The notes: a model not told the origin generated them from the letters alone. DNA of 64,000 bases from Candidatus Hydrogenedentota bacterium (GCA_045863335.1 BTVY01000034.1:1-64000), one strand, 5' to 3'; counted from the first letter of the stretch, positions 1 through 16,803 are shown. Translations and numbers: made by a program.

Positions 1-51
1 CGTTCCCACGTTCACGTGGGGCTTCGTCCGTTCAAATTTCGCCTTGGCCAT
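1..51 (-). CDS. tuf: Elongation factor Tu, 5' end only (runs off window)
   Basis: Minus strand from ATG at 51 reads MAKAKFERTKPHVNVGT, the canonical EF-Tu N-terminus; GGAGAG RBS upstream; follows fusA. Confidence 0.97.
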   Translation of the reverse strand, partial: MAKAKFERTKPHVNVGT

Positions 52-118
52 GGTTCTCTCCTTACACTCTCATCGGCGCGGCATCCGCGCCGGGATCCAA
101 TCGCTCACTACCCTATAC

Positions 119-2218
119 TCAACTGAAGCGGAACGAACTGCCCGACTTCTCCATGATTTCGTTGGCAATGCTGGGTGGCACCTGCTCGTACTGGGCGAAT
201 TCCATGCTGTACGAGGCCCGGCCCTGCGTGCGCGAACGGATGTCGTTCGCATAACCGAACATCTCCGCCAGGGGCACGAAGGCGAACAGTTTCCGGACTG
301 TGCCGACCTGTTCCATGCTTTCCAAACGGCCGCGACGGCCGTTGAAGTCGCTGATCACTTCGCCCGTGTACTCGTCGGGGCAGACCACTTCGACTTTCAT
401 CACCGGCTCGAGCAACACCGGACGCGCCTTCGGCACGGCCGCTTTCACGCCCATGGATGACGCCGTCTGGAAGGCCATTTCCGACGAGTCGACCTCGTGG
501 TACGAGCCATCCAGCAGCGACACCTTGATGTCGACCATGGGGTACCCCGCCACGATGCCGCTTTCCAGGGCTTCGCGCGCGCCGCGTTCGACCGAGTTGA
601 AGTATTCCTTCGGGACCACGCCGCCCACGCTGAGGTTCTCGAACTTGAAGCCGGAACCCGGCACGCCCGGCTCGATGGCGATCACGACGTCGCCGTACTG
701 ACCGCGACCGCCGCTCTGGCGCACGAACTTGCCCTGGGCCTCGGCGCGCTGTCGAATCGATTCGCGATACGCCACCATGGGCTTGCCCACGTTCGCGTGC
801 ACGTTAAACTCGCGGCGCATGCGGTCCACGATGATGTCGAGATGAAGTTCGCCCATACCCGCGATGATGGTCTGACCGGTCTCTTCGTCGGCCCGCACGC
901 GGAAAGTCGGATCTTCTTCGCTGAGTTTGTTCAAGGCGTCGGACATCTTGTCCTGGTCGGCCTTGGTCTTGGGTTCGATGGCGATGTGGACCACCGGATC
1001 CGGGAAGGTCACCGCCATCAGCGCGACCGGCTTCTTCGGATCGCACAGGGTGTCGCCCGTGGTCGTGTTCTTCGCGCCAATCACCGCACCGATATCGCCG
1101 GCGCGCAACTCGGTCAAGTCAATGCGCTGATCCGCGTGCATTTCCAGCAGACGGCCCAGGCGCTCCTTGCGGCCGGTGCGCACGTTCAACACCATGTCGC
1201 CGGATTTCACTACGCCCGAGTACACGCGCACAAAGGTCAACCGGCCCACGTGAGGATCGGTCAGGATCTTGAAGGCCAATCCGGCGAAAGGCTCGTCGTC
1301 GCTCGGTTTCCGTTCGATCTCTTTCTGCTCGGAATCCGGATCTTTCCCGACGATGGACGCCACGTCCACCGGAGAGGGGAGATAGTCGATGACCGCGTCC
1401 AGAAGGAGCCGCGTGCCTTTGTTCTTGAGCGCCGTGCCCGCGAAAACCGGGCAGATCATGCTGGCTACCGTCCCTTTGCGCAACGCCGCCTTCATTTCTT
1501 CGGCAGAGATTTCCTCTTCGAGGATGTACTTTTCCATCAAGGCTTCGTCGCACTCCGCGGCCGCGGCCAACGCTTCGTGCCGCACGTGCTCGACAGTATC
1601 CTTCAGGTCGTCGGGAATGGGCACTTCCACGATATCGGTGGCGGTGCCTTCACCTTTCCACTCGATGGCCCGCATGGCGACGACGTCGATGACGCCGCGG
1701 AAATTTTCTTCCTCGCCGATGGGCACTTGCAGGGGCACAGCGCGGGCGCCCAGGCGCTCGCGCATGCTCGTTACGGCCTTCTCAAAATCGGCGCCGACGC
1801 GATCCATCTTGTTGATAAACGCGATGCGCGGCACGCCGTACTTGTCGGCCTGACGCCATACGGTTTCAGACTGGGGCTGAACGCCCGCCACGGCGCAAAA
1901 CACCGCGACTGCGCCGTCCAGCACGCGAAGGCTCCGCTCCACCTCGGCCGTGAAGTCCACGTGACCGGGCGTATCGATAATGTTGATGCGGTGTTCTTTC
2001 CACTCGCAGGCCGTCGCGGCGGACGTAATCGTAATGCCGCGCTCGCGCTCCTGGGCCATGTAGTCCATGGTGGCAGTGCCTTCGTGCACTTCGCCCACGC
2101 GGTGAAGGCGGCCGGAGTAAAACAAAATGCGTTCCGTGACCGTGGTCTTGCCCGCGTCGATATGGGCCATGATCCCGATATTGCGCGTCTTGTTCAGGGT
2201 GTAGCGGCGCTTAGACAT
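119..2218 (-). CDS. fusA: Elongation factor G
   Basis: [23 protein letters not shown] and NKMD GTPase motifs; start taken at MSKRR (GGGAGAGG RBS). Confidence 0.99.
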   Translation of the reverse strand: MSKRRYTLNKTRNIGIMAHIDAGKTTVTERILFYSGRLHRVGEVHEGTATMDYMAQERERGITITSAATACEWKEHRINIIDTPGHVDFTAEVERSLRVLDGAVAVFCAVAGVQPQSETVWRQADKYGVPRIAFINKMDRVGADFEKAVTSMRERLGARAVPLQVPIGEEENFRGVIDVVAMRAIEWKGEGTATDIVEVPIPDDLKDTVEHVRHEALAAAAECDEALMEKYILEEEISAEEMKAALRKGTVASMICPVFAGTALKNKGTRLLLDAVIDYLPSPVDVASIVGKDPDSEQKEIERKPSDDEPFAGLAFKILTDPHVGRLTFVRVYSGVVKSGDMVLNVRTGRKERLGRLLEMHADQRIDLTELRAGDIGAVIGAKNTTTGDTLCDPKKPVALMAVTFPDPVVHIAIEPKTKADQDKMSDALNKLSEEDPTFRVRADEETGQTIIAGMGELHLDIIVDRMRREFNVHANVGKPMVAYRESIRQRAEAQGKFVRQSGGRGQYGDVVIAIEPGVPGSGFKFENLSVGGVVPKEYFNSVERGAREALESGIVAGYPMVDIKVSLLDGSYHEVDSSEMAFQTASSMGVKAAVPKARPVLLEPVMKVEVVCPDEYTGEVISDFNGRRGRLESMEQVGTVRKLFAFVPLAEMFGYANDIRSRTQGRASYSMEFAQYEQVPPSIANEIMEKSGSSFRFS

Positions 2219-2460
2219 GGCCCGCCTCTCCCAAACCCGCGACCGAGACGGCCGCCGCACTGTTCTGTGTGTACTTGGCTTTCATTTCGTGTACTAACCT
2301 GTGTCCTTCACATCCCGCCTTGCCGCGCGAACCCGCGCGAAACAAAGCGTCTTCACAATGCGAACCCCTCGCGCACCACGATGCTGCGCAAGGGCGTTGC
2401 GACGCAGCCAAAACGGCTATCAGTCAACTCAAAGTTGGCCCTGGATTTCTCGAGCCGAGG

Positions 2461-2934
2461 TCAATAACGGAGGTGAGCAAAGGCCTTGTTGGCCTCCGCC
2501 ATCCGGTGCGTATCTTCCCGACGCTTAATCGTGTTGCCGGTCTTGTTGAAACAATCCAGCAACTCGCCCGCGAGCCGCTCTTCCATCGACTTCTCGCCGC
2601 GCTTGCGGGCAAACTCGATAATCCAGCGAAACGCCAAGGCCGTCCGCGTAGCCGGCGGAATTTCCACGGGCACTTGGTACGTAGACCCGCCTACCCGGCG
2701 CGATTTCACCTGGAGAATCGGCTTCGCGTTGTCGACGGCCGATTCGAAGATGCGGATCGTGTCCTCGTTCGGCAGGCGCGTATGAATAATTCCCAGCGCG
2801 CCGTACACGATGGACTCCGCGACACTCTTCTTGCCATCCACCATCACGGTGTTGACGAACTTCGTCAAGGTGACGTTCTTGAATTTCGGATCCGGAAGCG
2901 GTTGGCGCTTGGGAACCTCACGACGACGTGGCAT
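2461..2934 (-). CDS. rpsG: 30S ribosomal protein S7
   Basis: MPRRR...[14 protein letters not shown]...[12 protein letters not shown]; str operon position. Confidence 0.99.
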   Translation of the reverse strand: MPRRREVPKRQPLPDPKFKNVTLTKFVNTVMVDGKKSVAESIVYGALGIIHTRLPNEDTIRIFESAVDNAKPILQVKSRRVGGSTYQVPVEIPPATRTALAFRWIIEFARKRGEKSMEERLAGELLDCFNKTGNTIKRREDTHRMAEANKAFAHLRY

Positions 2935-2950
2935 TGATCACCCGCTCCTG

Positions 2951-3376
2951 TTAACTTCGCTTGGGTTTCTTGACGCCGTACTTGGAACGGCTCACCCAGC
3001 GCCCATTGTGAATCTTCTTACCGCCATCGTCTTTTTCCGAGGCCGTTCCGCCGCAGTCGCCCGTCGCGTCCAGCACCCCGCGAATCAGGTGGTACCGCAC
3101 GCCCGGCAAGTCTTTTACGCGGCCCCCGCGGATCATCACCTGCGAGTGCTCCTGCAGGTTGTGCCCCACGCCCGGAATGTACGCCGTCACCTCGATTCCG
3201 TTCTTCAAACGGACACGGGCGACCTTACGCAATGCCGAGTTGGGCTTCTTCGGGGTCATCGTGTAGACGCGCGTGCACGTGCCCGACGCCTGCGGACACT
3301 GTAACAGCGCTGGCGACTTGGTCTTGCTGACCCGCTTTTTTCGCGAACCGCGCATCAGTTGATTGATGGTTGGCAA
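2951..3376 (-). CDS. rpsL: 30S ribosomal protein S12 (TTG start, C-terminal loop insertion)
   Basis: [35 protein letters not shown]; AAGGAG RBS. Confidence 0.99.
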   Translation of the reverse strand: MPTINQLMRGSRKKRVSKTKSPALLQCPQASGTCTRVYTMTPKKPNSALRKVARVRLKNGIEVTAYIPGVGHNLQEHSQVMIRGGRVKDLPGVRYHLIRGVLDATGDCGGTASEKDDGGKKIHNGRWVSRSKYGVKKPKRS

Positions 3377-3512
3377 GAGTTTTCTCCTTGACTCCTAACC
3401 CTCTTTCCGAGAGGGCCTTAGCTCAATCTTTCTTCGTTGTTCCTCGGGGCGCAATGGTGACCGCGAAAAGATGTAGCGGACACAACTCTCCCCCCAAAGA
3501 CAACGGCCCGAA

Positions 3513-3541
3513 ATCGTAACATAACTCCAATGGCATGTCAA
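3513..3541 (-). promoter_or_regulatory. Sigma70-type promoter of str operon
   Basis: Minus strand TTGACA-17 nt-TACGAT with TG extended -10. Confidence 0.75.
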
Positions 3542-3594
3542 GCATCGCGTCGATGCCCGCGCCTTATGCCATCAACAGGATACGAACGGCCCCC

Positions 3595-7710
<4,116 letters not shown>

Positions 7711-7713
7711 TCG

Positions 7714-10700
7714 TTAACCCTCCAGCGGTTCTTCTTCGTCGTCGCCTTCCGTGCCTTCAACGCGCATCAGCTTGATGACGTCGAGACACAGGCTCTGCAT
7801 TTCCCGGACGAGCACGTTAAACGACTCCGGCCGGCCGGGCTCCACGTCCTTGTCGCCCTTCACCACGGCCTCGTAGGCCTTGGTTCGCCCCTGAATGTCG
7901 TCTGACTTTACCGTCAACAATTCCTGCAACGTGTACGCCGCGCCATAGGCCTGCAGCGCCCACACTTCCATTTCTCCAAATCGCTGGCCGCCGAACTGGG
8001 CCTTACCGCCCAGCGGCTGCTGGGTCACCAGCGAGTACGGCCCGATGGCGCGGGCGTGAATCTTGTCGTCCACCAGGTGGTTCAGCTTCATCATGTAAAT
8101 CTGGCCCACGGTGGTTTCCTGATCGAACTCCTTGCCGGTGCGGCCATCGCGGAGCTTGATCTTTCCATGCTCCGGCAGACCAGCCCGTTTCAAGTACTCG
8201 GAGATCTCCGACTCCGACGCGCCGTTGAATACCGGCGTGGCCACCTTCATCCCCAGCGCGTGCGCGGCCCAACCCAGGTGCGTCTCCAGAATTTGACCCA
8301 CGTTCATGCGTGAGGGCACGCCAAGCGGGTTCAATATGATCTGCACCGGGGTCCCGTCCGGAAGGTAGGGCATATCTTCGGCCGCCATAATCTTCGCGAC
8401 CACGCCCTTGTTTCCGTGACGCCCGGCCATCTTGTCGCCGACCGACAGGCGCCGCTTCGTGGCCACAAACACCTTCACCAGCTTGATGACGCCCGGCGGC
8501 AACTCGTCACCCTTGCGCAGGGTCTCGAGTTCGCTGTCGCGGAATGCCACCAGCTTGGCCTCTTCCATCGCGGCCATATTCACGAGACGCGTCAGCTTCT
8601 GCTGAATCTTCTTGTCTTCCACGCGCATGCGGGCCAGCACGCTGTAGTCGGCCTTCTCGAGGTGCGACACCTTGACGCGCTTGCCTTTTTCGAGCACCAG
8701 CTCGTCAGTCTTGTGGTCGACCACGTCCTCAAGGATCTTCAAACCGATCAGCTCGTCCTTCACCAGCTTCACAAAGGTATCGCGAACCTCGTCAATCTTC
8801 TCCTGGTACTCGCGCTTGACCTTGGTCACCTGTGCGGTGAGCGCGCTCTTCGATCCCGAATCGCCCGTCTTGTCCCGGCGGCTACTGACCTTCACATCCA
8901 CCACCACGCCTTCGCATCCCGGCGGCACGGTTAGGGACGCGTCGCGCACGTCTTCGGCTTTCTCGCCGAAAATAGCGCGCAGCAGTTTCTCTTCCGGCGC
9001 AAGTTCGGTTTCACCCTTCGGGGTCACCTTGCCAACCAGGATGTCGCCATGCTTCACCTTGGCGCCCAGGCAGACAATCCCGGTCTCGTCCAGGTTTTTC
9101 AGGGCATCTTCGCCGACGTTCGGAATGTCGCGCGTGATTTCCTCCGGACCCAGCTTCGTGTCGCGAGCTTCGATATCGAACACCTGAATGTGAATCGAAG
9201 TGAACACGTCGTCTTTGACCAAATCCTCGCTGAGAAGGATGGCGTCCTCGAAGTTGTACCCTTCCCACGGAATAAACGCGACCAGCACGTTGCGCCCCAG
9301 GGCCAACTCGCCCTGATCCGTCGCGGGGCCGTCTGCAATGATGTCGCCCGCGTCGACCTTGTCGCCCTTGTTCACGATGGGCCGCTGGTTGATACAGGTG
9401 TTCTGGTTCGAGCGAATGTACTTCTTGAGGTAATACACGTCCTCATCCGCGCGGAACGGGTTTTCGTCGGGCGATTTGCCCTTCTTCGTGTGGCGGATGC
9501 GGATGACTTCGCTGTCCACGTACTCGACCACGCCGTCGCGTTCGGCCCGCACCACGGTGCCCGCGTTCTTCGCGGTGACGTGTTCGAGGCCCGTGCCCAC
9601 CACCGGCGACTCCGTGCGCAACAGCGGCACCGCCTGCCGTTGCATGTTGGATCCCATCAACGCGCGGTTCGCGTCGTCGTGCTCCAGGAATGGAATCAGC
9701 GCTGCCGCCACACTCACCAACTGCTTGGGCGACACGTCCATGTAATCCACTTGCGTCGGCTCGATGAGCGGGAAGTCGCCCCGGTGGCGCGTCAGAACTT
9801 GGGGCCGCACGAAACGACCGCGCTTGTCCAGCACCGCGTTGGCCTGGGCGATGATGTAGTTGTCTTCGTCATAAGCCGAGAGGGACTCAATATCCTCCAG
9901 CACGCGCGCGCTCTCCACCTTGCGGTAGGGCGTTTCGAGGAAGCCGTACTGGTTGATGCGCGCGTACGTCGACAGCGACGCCATCAACCCGATGTTCGGG
10001 CCTTCCGGCGTTTCAATGGGGCAAATCCGGCCGTAGTGGGTCGGGTGCACGTCGCGCACCTCGAACCCCGCGCGGTCGCGGCTCAAGCCGCCCGGTCCCA
10101 ATGCGCTCAGGCGCCGCTTGTGCGTCAACTCGGCCAGCGGGTTGATCTGGTCCATGAAGTGCGACAACTGGCTGCGGCCGAAGAAGTCTTTGATTACCGC
10201 GCTGACCGGCTTGGGATTCACCAGGCTCTGCGGCGTCAACTGGTCCTCTTCCTGGAAATTCATGCGCTCCCGCACGGTCCGCTCCATGCGGACCAGCCCG
10301 ATGCGAACCTGGTTCGACAGCAACTCGCCCACCGCGCGCACGCGACGGTTGCCGAGGTGGTCGATGTCGTCCAGCACACCCTCGCCGCTGCGCAGCCGAA
10401 CGAGATACTGAAGCGTCGCCACCACGTCTTCCACCGTCAGCGTCTTGGTTTCCTGGGAGATCTCCAGGCCCAGCTTGCGATTGATCTTGTACCGGCCCAC
10501 CGGCGCGAAATCGTACCGGCTGGCGTCGAAAAACAACTTCTGGAAGAAAGTACGCGTCGTCGCGTCCGTCGCCGGATCGCCGGGGCGGATGCGCGCGTAT
10601 ACTTCGCGGAAGGCGTCTTCCTGCGTCTGGGTCGGATCGAGACTCAAGGTGCTCGCGATCGACGAGTCCTTCACGAGGTCGTCGTGGTTGATGATCTGAA

Positions 10701-11577
10701 TGGTCTTCACGTGGGAATGCATGATGCGATCGACGAGCGGCTCGGTTAACTCCTGCGCCGTGTCGATCAAGATTTCCCCAGAATCGGGATCGACGATATC
10801 CGCCGCGACGACCCGGCCCACGAGTTCGGACGGATCGTAGGACTTCGTCCCGATCTTGACTTTCGTCCGGCCCAATTCGACGTCTTCAACCCTGTAAAAC
10901 AGCTTGATGATCTCTTCGTTTTCGGTATACCCAAACGCGCGAAGAAACGCCGTCGCGATGATGCGCGACCGGCGGTCGATGGTCAGCCACAGGACATCGT
11001 TCACGTCGTACTCGAATTCGAGCCACGCGCCGCGGTACGGAATAATCCGCGCGGTCAGCAAGACCTTGCCGTTCTGGTGTACCTTCGTTTCGAAGGACAC
11101 GCCCGGCGACTTGTGCAACTGGCTCACGATGACGCGCTCGGCGCCATTGATAATGAAGGTGCCCGTCGGCGTCATCATGGGCAGCTCGCCGAGGAACACC
11201 TCTTGCTCCACCATCAATCGCTCGCGGGTCTCGCCGCTGGTGCCAACTTCTTCATAGCGAACCAGCCGCAGCAGCGCCTTCAACGACGCTGCATAGGTCA
11301 ACCCCCGCTCCTGGCACTCGCGCACCGTATACTTAGGGGGTGCGAAGGAATAATGAACGAACTCCAGCCGCGTCATGCCGTCCGGCGAAGAAATGGGAAA
11401 CACGTCCAGAAATACTTCCTGGAGTCCCATGGGTTCGCGTTCGTCGGGCGGCACGTTCCATTGAAGGAAGTCCCCGTAAGACTTCGTCTGAATCTCGATC
11501 AGATCGGGCAACTCCATCTCATCGGGAATACGCCCTAACGATATGCGATTGGCAGGTTTTACGGGAGCAACAGCCAT
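7714..11577 (-). CDS. rpoB: RNA polymerase beta subunit
   Basis: [20 protein letters not shown] and rifampicin region [21 protein letters not shown]. Confidence 0.99.
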   Translation of the reverse strand: MAVAPVKPANRISLGRIPDEMELPDLIEIQTKSYGDFLQWNVPPDEREPMGLQEVFLDVFPISSPDGMTRLEFVHYSFAPPKYTVRECQERGLTYAASLKALLRLVRYEEVGTSGETRERLMVEQEVFLGELPMMTPTGTFIINGAERVIVSQLHKSPGVSFETKVHQNGKVLLTARIIPYRGAWLEFEYDVNDVLWLTIDRRSRIIATAFLRAFGYTENEEIIKLFYRVEDVELGRTKVKIGTKSYDPSELVGRVVAADIVDPDSGEILIDTAQELTEPLVDRIMHSHVKTIQIINHDDLVKDSSIASTLSLDPTQTQEDAFREVYARIRPGDPATDATTRTFFQKLFFDASRYDFAPVGRYKINRKLGLEISQETKTLTVEDVVATLQYLVRLRSGEGVLDDIDHLGNRRVRAVGELLSNQVRIGLVRMERTVRERMNFQEEDQLTPQSLVNPKPVSAVIKDFFGRSQLSHFMDQINPLAELTHKRRLSALGPGGLSRDRAGFEVRDVHPTHYGRICPIETPEGPNIGLMASLSTYARINQYGFLETPYRKVESARVLEDIESLSAYDEDNYIIAQANAVLDKRGRFVRPQVLTRHRGDFPLIEPTQVDYMDVSPKQLVSVAAALIPFLEHDDANRALMGSNMQRQAVPLLRTESPVVGTGLEHVTAKNAGTVVRAERDGVVEYVDSEVIRIRHTKKGKSPDENPFRADEDVYYLKKYIRSNQNTCINQRPIVNKGDKVDAGDIIADGPATDQGELALGRNVLVAFIPWEGYNFEDAILLSEDLVKDDVFTSIHIQVFDIEARDTKLGPEEITRDIPNVGEDALKNLDETGIVCLGAKVKHGDILVGKVTPKGETELAPEEKLLRAIFGEKAEDVRDASLTVPPGCEGVVVDVKVSSRRDKTGDSGSKSALTAQVTKVKREYQEKIDEVRDTFVKLVKDELIGLKILEDVVDHKTDELVLEKGKRVKVSHLEKADYSVLARMRVEDKKIQQKLTRLVNMAAMEEAKLVAFRDSELETLRKGDELPPGVIKLVKVFVATKRRLSVGDKMAGRHGNKGVVAKIMAAEDMPYLPDGTPVQIILNPLGVPSRMNVGQILETHLGWAAHALGMKVATPVFNGASESEISEYLKRAGLPEHGKIKLRDGRTGKEFDQETTVGQIYMMKLNHLVDDKIHARAIGPYSLVTQQPLGGKAQFGGQRFGEMEVWALQAYGAAYTLQELLTVKSDDIQGRTKAYEAVVKGDKDVEPGRPESFNVLVREMQSLCLDVIKLMRVEGTEGDDEEEPLEG

Positions 11578-11697
11578 GCAGAGTACCCTCTAATCTTGGA
11601 AAGGTTTAAGTGACTTGGCGAGGCGGAGAGGCAGTTCTACCGCATTCCAAGTCTCGACAAATAGACATAATTCTGCCTGAGGGAAGCACAAACAGAG

Positions 11698-11726
11698 AGT
11701 CTACCATACCGAAATTGACATGTCAA
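11698..11726 (-). promoter_or_regulatory. Sigma70-type promoter of rpoBC
   Basis: Minus strand TTGACA-17 nt-TAGACT; -35 lies in the palindrome TTGACATGTCAA (11715-11726). Confidence 0.75.
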
Positions 11727-11838
11727 CAATCATGCCAACTTTCGTTCTGGGCGCACGTATACGTGAAAAACCGGCTGTTCGGCCCTCGATTTTTGGTCTC
11801 TTTTCCTGCGAGCGGCTAAGACTGCCAGGCTGTAAGCC

Positions 11839-12990
11839 TCAGCCTCCCAAAGACTTTTTCACCTTCTCAATGAACCGGTGATACAGGGGGTAGGATTTCT
11901 CGTTGCTGATTTCCTGAAAACGTTCGATAAGCTCGCGCTGCTCCCGCGAAAGCTTGGTCGGCGTCTCAACCTGAACTCGAACGATCTGATCGCCCTTGTG
12001 GTATCCGCGCAAGTCCTTTATCCCCATCCCTCTAAGACGGAACAAGGTTCCAGACTGCGTCCCCGGGGGGATCTTCAGATCCGCCTCGCCAGTCAACGTC
12101 GGCACCCGCACCTTGTCGCCCAGGATGGCCTGCGGAAAGCTGACCGGCATTTCGCAGATGATGTCATTGCCTTCCCGCTCGAAGATCTCGTCGGTTTCGA
12201 CTTCCACAAAGATGTAGAGATCGCCGCGGGGCCCGCCGTTCTCGCCCGGTTCGCCCTCGCCCGACAGGCGAAGCCGGGAACCGGTATCGATTCCAGCAGG
12301 CAAATCGACTGAAAGCTCCCGTTCTGCCCGGTACCGGCCCGAACCGGAACAGCGCGTGCAGGGCTTCTGAATGATCCGCCCCGTGCCCCGGCATCTTGGA
12401 CACGTCTGGGAAATGCTAAAGAACCCCTGCGCTCGCCGGATCTGCCCGGTGCCCGAACAGTCCGCGCAAGACTGCGGCTGGGTCCCCGCTTGCGCGCCGG
12501 TCCCTTTGCAATCGCCGCACACCTCGCGCCGGGCAAACTTAAACGTCCGCTTGGTCCCCATGGCGGCTTCACGCAGGCTCACGGTCAGACGGTACTCAAG
12601 GTCATTGCCGGGTCGTGCGGCAGCGCGCCGTCCCCGTCCTCCCCGGCTCTGCCCGAACAGGACATCGAAAAAATCGTCGAAAGGCGCCTCAAACCCGCCG
12701 GCGCCGCCGCCGAACCCAAATCCACCAAATCCTCCGGGACCACCCGCGCCGCCAAACTGGTCGCCCATGTGGCCGAACTGGTCGTACTTGGCCCGCTTGT
12801 CGGAGTTTTTCAGGGTGTCATAGGCCTGATTGATCTCTTTGAGTTTTTCTTCCGCCGCTTTGTCACCACCAGTTTTGTCCGGGTGATACTTGTGGGCCAG
12901 CTTGAGATACGCCTTCCGGATTTCCTCGGCGCTGGCGTCTCGCGAAACACCGAGGAGTTCGTAGTAATCTTTTTGTTTCGGCATGGCCAT
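11839..12990 (-). CDS. dnaJ: Chaperone DnaJ
   Basis: HPD J-domain, G/F-rich region, four CxxCxGxG repeats. Confidence 0.99.
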   Translation of the reverse strand: MAMPKQKDYYELLGVSRDASAEEIRKAYLKLAHKYHPDKTGGDKAAEEKLKEINQAYDTLKNSDKRAKYDQFGHMGDQFGGAGGPGGFGGFGFGGGAGGFEAPFDDFFDVLFGQSRGGRGRRAAARPGNDLEYRLTVSLREAAMGTKRTFKFARREVCGDCKGTGAQAGTQPQSCADCSGTGQIRRAQGFFSISQTCPRCRGTGRIIQKPCTRCSGSGRYRAERELSVDLPAGIDTGSRLRLSGEGEPGENGGPRGDLYIFVEVETDEIFEREGNDIICEMPVSFPQAILGDKVRVPTLTGEADLKIPPGTQSGTLFRLRGMGIKDLRGYHKGDQIVRVQVETPTKLSREQRELIERFQEISNEKSYPLYHRFIEKVKKSLGG

Positions 12991-13033
12991 AGTCTATCAC
13001 CTGAACCCGCGCGACTTCTTCCCGCGCCGGTTT

Positions 13034-14959
13034 TTACTTCTTCTCTTCGTCGTCCACGACCGTGAAATCGGCATCCACGGATTCGCCGCCGGGAGCTTCC
13101 TCCTGCTCGGGGTTCACGTACTCCGCGCCGGATTCCGCTGCGGGTCCCGCGCCCTGCGCCGCGCTCGCCTGGTACATGGCTTCCGCCAACTTGTGCGACG
13201 CGGCCTGAAGCTTCTCCATCGCGGCTTCGATGGCCGCCACGTCGGAGCCCTCCAGCGTGGACCGCAGTTCGCCGATGGCCGACTCGATCGCGCTCTTCTC
13301 GTCGCCGCCCACTTTGTCGCCATGCTCGCGCAGGGTCTTCTCGGTCGCGTAGATGAGCGAATCGGCGTTGTTGCGAACCTCGATTTCTTTCTTCTTCGCC
13401 TGGTCTTCCTGGGCGTGGGATTCGCCCTCTTTCACCATCCGGTCGATGTCGTCTTCCGACAAACCGCTGGAGGATTCAATGCGGATCTTCTGCTCCTTGT
13501 TCGTCGCCAGGTCTTTCGCGGACACGTGCACGATCCCGTTCGCGTCGATGTCGAAGGTTACTTCGATCTGGGGAATGCCCCGCGGCGCGGGGGGGATGCC
13601 CATCAAGTCGAAACGCCCCAGCGTCCGGTTGTGGGCCGCGAGTTCGCGTTCGCCCTGCAACACGTGGATCGTCACCGCGTTCTGGTTGTCCGACGCCGTG
13701 GAGAAAATCTGGCGCTTCGTTACCGGGATGGTCGTGTTCCGTTCGATCAACTTCGTGCAGATGCCGCCCAGGGTTTCAATACCCAGCGACAGCGGCGTCA
13801 CGTCGAGCAGCAAGACGTCTTTCACGTCGCCCGCCAGCACGCCCGCCTGAATCGCCGCGCCGATGGCCACGACTTCGTCCGGGTTCACGCCGCGGTGCGG
13901 TTCTTTCTTGAACACGGTCTTCACGATTTCGCCGACCGCCGGCATACGCGTCATGCCGCCCACGAGGATGACCTCGTCAATGTCTTCCGCCTTGACGCCG
14001 GCGTCTTCCAGCGCGCGGTAGCAGGGGCTCTTCGTCCGCTGCAACAGGTCATCGCAAAGCTGTTCGAGCTTGGCGCGCGTCAACGTGTAGTTCAAGTGTT
14101 TCGGCCCGGAAGCGTCGGCCGTCACGAAGGGCAGGTTGATGTCGGTCTGCTTCGTCGTGGAAAGTTCGCACTTGGCCTTTTCAGCGGCTTCCTTCAAGCG
14201 CTGCAACGCCATGGGATCTTTTCGCAGGTCGATGCCCTGGTCCTTGAGGAACTCGTCCGCCATCCAGTCGATGATTCGCTGATCGAAGTCGTCGCCGCCG
14301 AGGTGCGTGTCGCCGTTCGTGCTCATCACCTCGAAGCTGTCGTCGCCGATCGCCAGGATTGAAATATCAAAGGTACCGCCGCCGAGGTCGTATACGGCCA
14401 CTTTCTCGTTCTTCTTCTTCTCGAGCCCATACGCCAGCGCTGCCGCCGTCGGCTCGTTGATGATGCGCAGCACTTCCAGACCCGCGATCTTTCCGGCGTC
14501 TTTCGTGGCCTGCCGCTGCGAGTCGTTGAAATATGCCGGCACGGTAATCACCGCCTGACTGACCGACTCGCCGAGGTAAGACTCCGCGGTCTCCTTCATC
14601 TTGCGCAGGATCATGGCCGATACCTCGGGCGGCCGGTAGTCCTTGCCCTGCACCGTGACCTGGCAATCTCCCGATGCCGTCTCGCCTACTTTGTACGGCA
14701 CCAGCTTCTCTTCCTCGGACACCTCGGAATGACGCCGCCCCATGAACCGCTTGATGGAGAACACGGTGTTCTGCGGGTTCGTGATGGCCTGCCGTTTCGC
14801 CACGGCGCCAACCAAACGCTCTCCGTCCTTCGTAAAACCCACTACGGACGGTGTCGTCCGGTTGCCTTCTGCGTTTGCAATGACCGTCGGTTCGCCGCCT
14901 TCCATCACGGCGACGCACGAGTTCGTCGTACCCAGGTCAATGCCGATTACTTTCCCCAT
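13034..14959 (-). CDS. dnaK: Chaperone DnaK (Hsp70)
   Basis: [39 protein letters not shown]. Confidence 0.99.
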   Translation of the reverse strand: MGKVIGIDLGTTNSCVAVMEGGEPTVIANAEGNRTTPSVVGFTKDGERLVGAVAKRQAITNPQNTVFSIKRFMGRRHSEVSEEEKLVPYKVGETASGDCQVTVQGKDYRPPEVSAMILRKMKETAESYLGESVSQAVITVPAYFNDSQRQATKDAGKIAGLEVLRIINEPTAAALAYGLEKKKNEKVAVYDLGGGTFDISILAIGDDSFEVMSTNGDTHLGGDDFDQRIIDWMADEFLKDQGIDLRKDPMALQRLKEAAEKAKCELSTTKQTDINLPFVTADASGPKHLNYTLTRAKLEQLCDDLLQRTKSPCYRALEDAGVKAEDIDEVILVGGMTRMPAVGEIVKTVFKKEPHRGVNPDEVVAIGAAIQAGVLAGDVKDVLLLDVTPLSLGIETLGGICTKLIERNTTIPVTKRQIFSTASDNQNAVTIHVLQGERELAAHNRTLGRFDLMGIPPAPRGIPQIEVTFDIDANGIVHVSAKDLATNKEQKIRIESSSGLSEDDIDRMVKEGESHAQEDQAKKKEIEVRNNADSLIYATEKTLREHGDKVGGDEKSAIESAIGELRSTLEGSDVAAIEAAMEKLQAASHKLAEAMYQASAAQGAGPAAESGAEYVNPEQEEAPGGESVDADFTVVDDEEKK

Positions 14960-15013
14960 TGCGATCGTGCCTCCATTCCGAATCGATTCTTTGTAAACCG
15001 GGTTGTGCGGCGC

Positions 15014-15685
15014 TTACGCAGACGCGTCGCCGCCGTCCTCGGCGGACGTTTCCGGCGCGGACGCAGCCGGCGCTCCCAGAGAAACCACGACCTTCGCGGG
15101 CCGCAGCACCATCTGTCCCAGCCGGTACCCTTTCTGAAATTCTTCCACCACGGATTCCGGCGGAGCCTCCGCCGATTCCCGCTGCATCACGGCTTCGTGA
15201 ACGATGGGATCGAAGGGTTCACCCACCGAAGCGATGGGCTCCAATCCATGGCGGCTCAGCACATCTTGAAATTGCTTCAGCACCATGGCCACCCCTTCGC
15301 CCAAGGCGCCGGGATGATCTTCCGCGTGCTTCAATGCCAGTTCGAGATGATCCACCACCGGCAGGATATCCCGAATCAGACCCTCCGCCGCGGTCTGGCG
15401 AATTCGTTCCGCATCACGCGCCATGCGCTTGCGGTAATTGTCAAAATCGGCCCGCGCGCGCAGAAGCTGATCCGCCAGTTCCGACCGTTCCTTTTCCAGG
15501 GCCGCAAAATCCGCCTCGATCGCCGAAGCGGCGTCCGTTTCCTCCGCGACCGGCGCGGCTTCCGGCGCCGTTTCGCTATCTGACGCGGCGAACCCCGGAG
15601 CCGTTTCGTCTACAGAAGCTTCCGCCAGAGATTCCTCGTCCGGCGCTTCCGTCTCGTCTACACGTTCTGCCCGTGACTTTTCCAT
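15014..15685 (-). CDS. grpE: Nucleotide exchange factor GrpE (alternative ATG at 15727)
   Basis: RARADFDNYRKR, FDPIVHEAV, KGYRLGQMVLRPAKVVV. Confidence 0.97.
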   Translation of the reverse strand: MEKSRAERVDETEAPDEESLAEASVDETAPGFAASDSETAPEAAPVAEETDAASAIEADFAALEKERSELADQLLRARADFDNYRKRMARDAERIRQTAAEGLIRDILPVVDHLELALKHAEDHPGALGEGVAMVLKQFQDVLSRHGLEPIASVGEPFDPIVHEAVMQRESAEAPPESVVEEFQKGYRLGQMVLRPAKVVVSLGAPAASAPETSAEDGGDASA

Positions 15686-15727
15686 GGTCTCGCAACTACC
15701 TTCCAAACCAACCTCGGAGCCCGGCAT

Positions 15728-16789
15728 CTAACTGCCCGCTCCGGCAAGCCGGGTCAGCAATCGGCTCAGCATCCCTGCCGTATAATCCACGACCGCCGTG
15801 ATGCGCGAATACGGCATGCGCCGCGGCCCCAGGACGCCGATCATGCCGACCGGCCGCGAGCCAACCGAATACGGCGACGCCACAATGCTGATGCCTTCGA
15901 TGCCCTTGCCGACCGCTTCTTTACCAATCACCACATAGGTACCGGTCTGCGTTTCGCGCGCAATGCCGGTACGCAACAATTCCACAAGGCCTTCGCGCTC
16001 CTCGAGAAACCCGAAGACTTCCCGCGCCCGCTCCACGTCCCGAAACTCCGGATGCTCAAACATCCGCGCCACGCCATCCAAGAATAACTGGCCGGGCCGG
16101 TGCGCGGGCAGCAGCTGCAGGATGCCCAACGCATCTTCCGCCAGCGCCCGTTGTTCGTCCATGTAGATCCGAAGCCGCGTATGCAAGGACTGCGCGAGGT
16201 TATCCAGCGACACCCCGCGCAGATTGTCGTTCAGAAACCCGCTCAACCGCTGTACGCGATCGGCTTCCAGCGACCCTTCCATGGACACGATCTGGGTGCG
16301 CACTCGCCCCATGCTGTCCGCGATCAACACCGCGATACGCGTCTGGGATATGGGCACCAACTCGATTCGATTCACTTGCGCGGTGACATCGTCCGGGACT
16401 TCCACGATGCCCGTCTGGTCTGCCATCAACGCGAGCAAATGGCTCGTCTGACGCATCACCTCATCTGCGTCATCGAGTTTGGCCGACAGTTCCTTCTCAA
16501 TGCGGGCGCGCTCTTGGAGGGTTAACTCCTGCACGCGCATCAAATAATCCACGTAGTAGCGGTAGCCCTCGTCGGTGGGCACCCGCCCGGAACTCGTGTG
16601 CAACTGCTGGAGGTATCCGTACTCTTCCAGGTCCGACATGACATTGCGCACGGTCGCTGGACTCAAGCCCATGTCGAACCGCTTTACAATGGAGCGCGAC
16701 CCCACGGGTTCCGCCGAGGTGATGTAACTGTGTACGACTGCCCGGAGGATAAGTTTTTCGCGCTCTGAGAGTTCCGCATCGGTTCGCAT
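15728..16789 (-). CDS. hrcA: Heat-inducible transcription repressor HrcA
   Basis: EPVGS, SPATVRNVMSDLE, HTSSGRVPT, GVLGPRRMPY. Confidence 0.98.
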   Translation of the reverse strand: MRTDAELSEREKLILRAVVHSYITSAEPVGSRSIVKRFDMGLSPATVRNVMSDLEEYGYLQQLHTSSGRVPTDEGYRYYVDYLMRVQELTLQERARIEKELSAKLDDADEVMRQTSHLLALMADQTGIVEVPDDVTAQVNRIELVPISQTRIAVLIADSMGRVRTQIVSMEGSLEADRVQRLSGFLNDNLRGVSLDNLAQSLHTRLRIYMDEQRALAEDALGILQLLPAHRPGQLFLDGVARMFEHPEFRDVERAREVFGFLEEREGLVELLRTGIARETQTGTYVVIGKEAVGKGIEGISIVASPYSVGSRPVGMIGVLGPRRMPYSRITAVVDYTAGMLSRLLTRLAGAGS

Positions 16790-16803
16790 GTGTCGAGTCC
16801 CGC

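Noticed and set aside
11722-11738. Sigma54-like TTGGCATGATTGTTGAC upstream of rpoB
   Set aside because: -12 element is GA rather than GC, and a good sigma70 promoter explains the site
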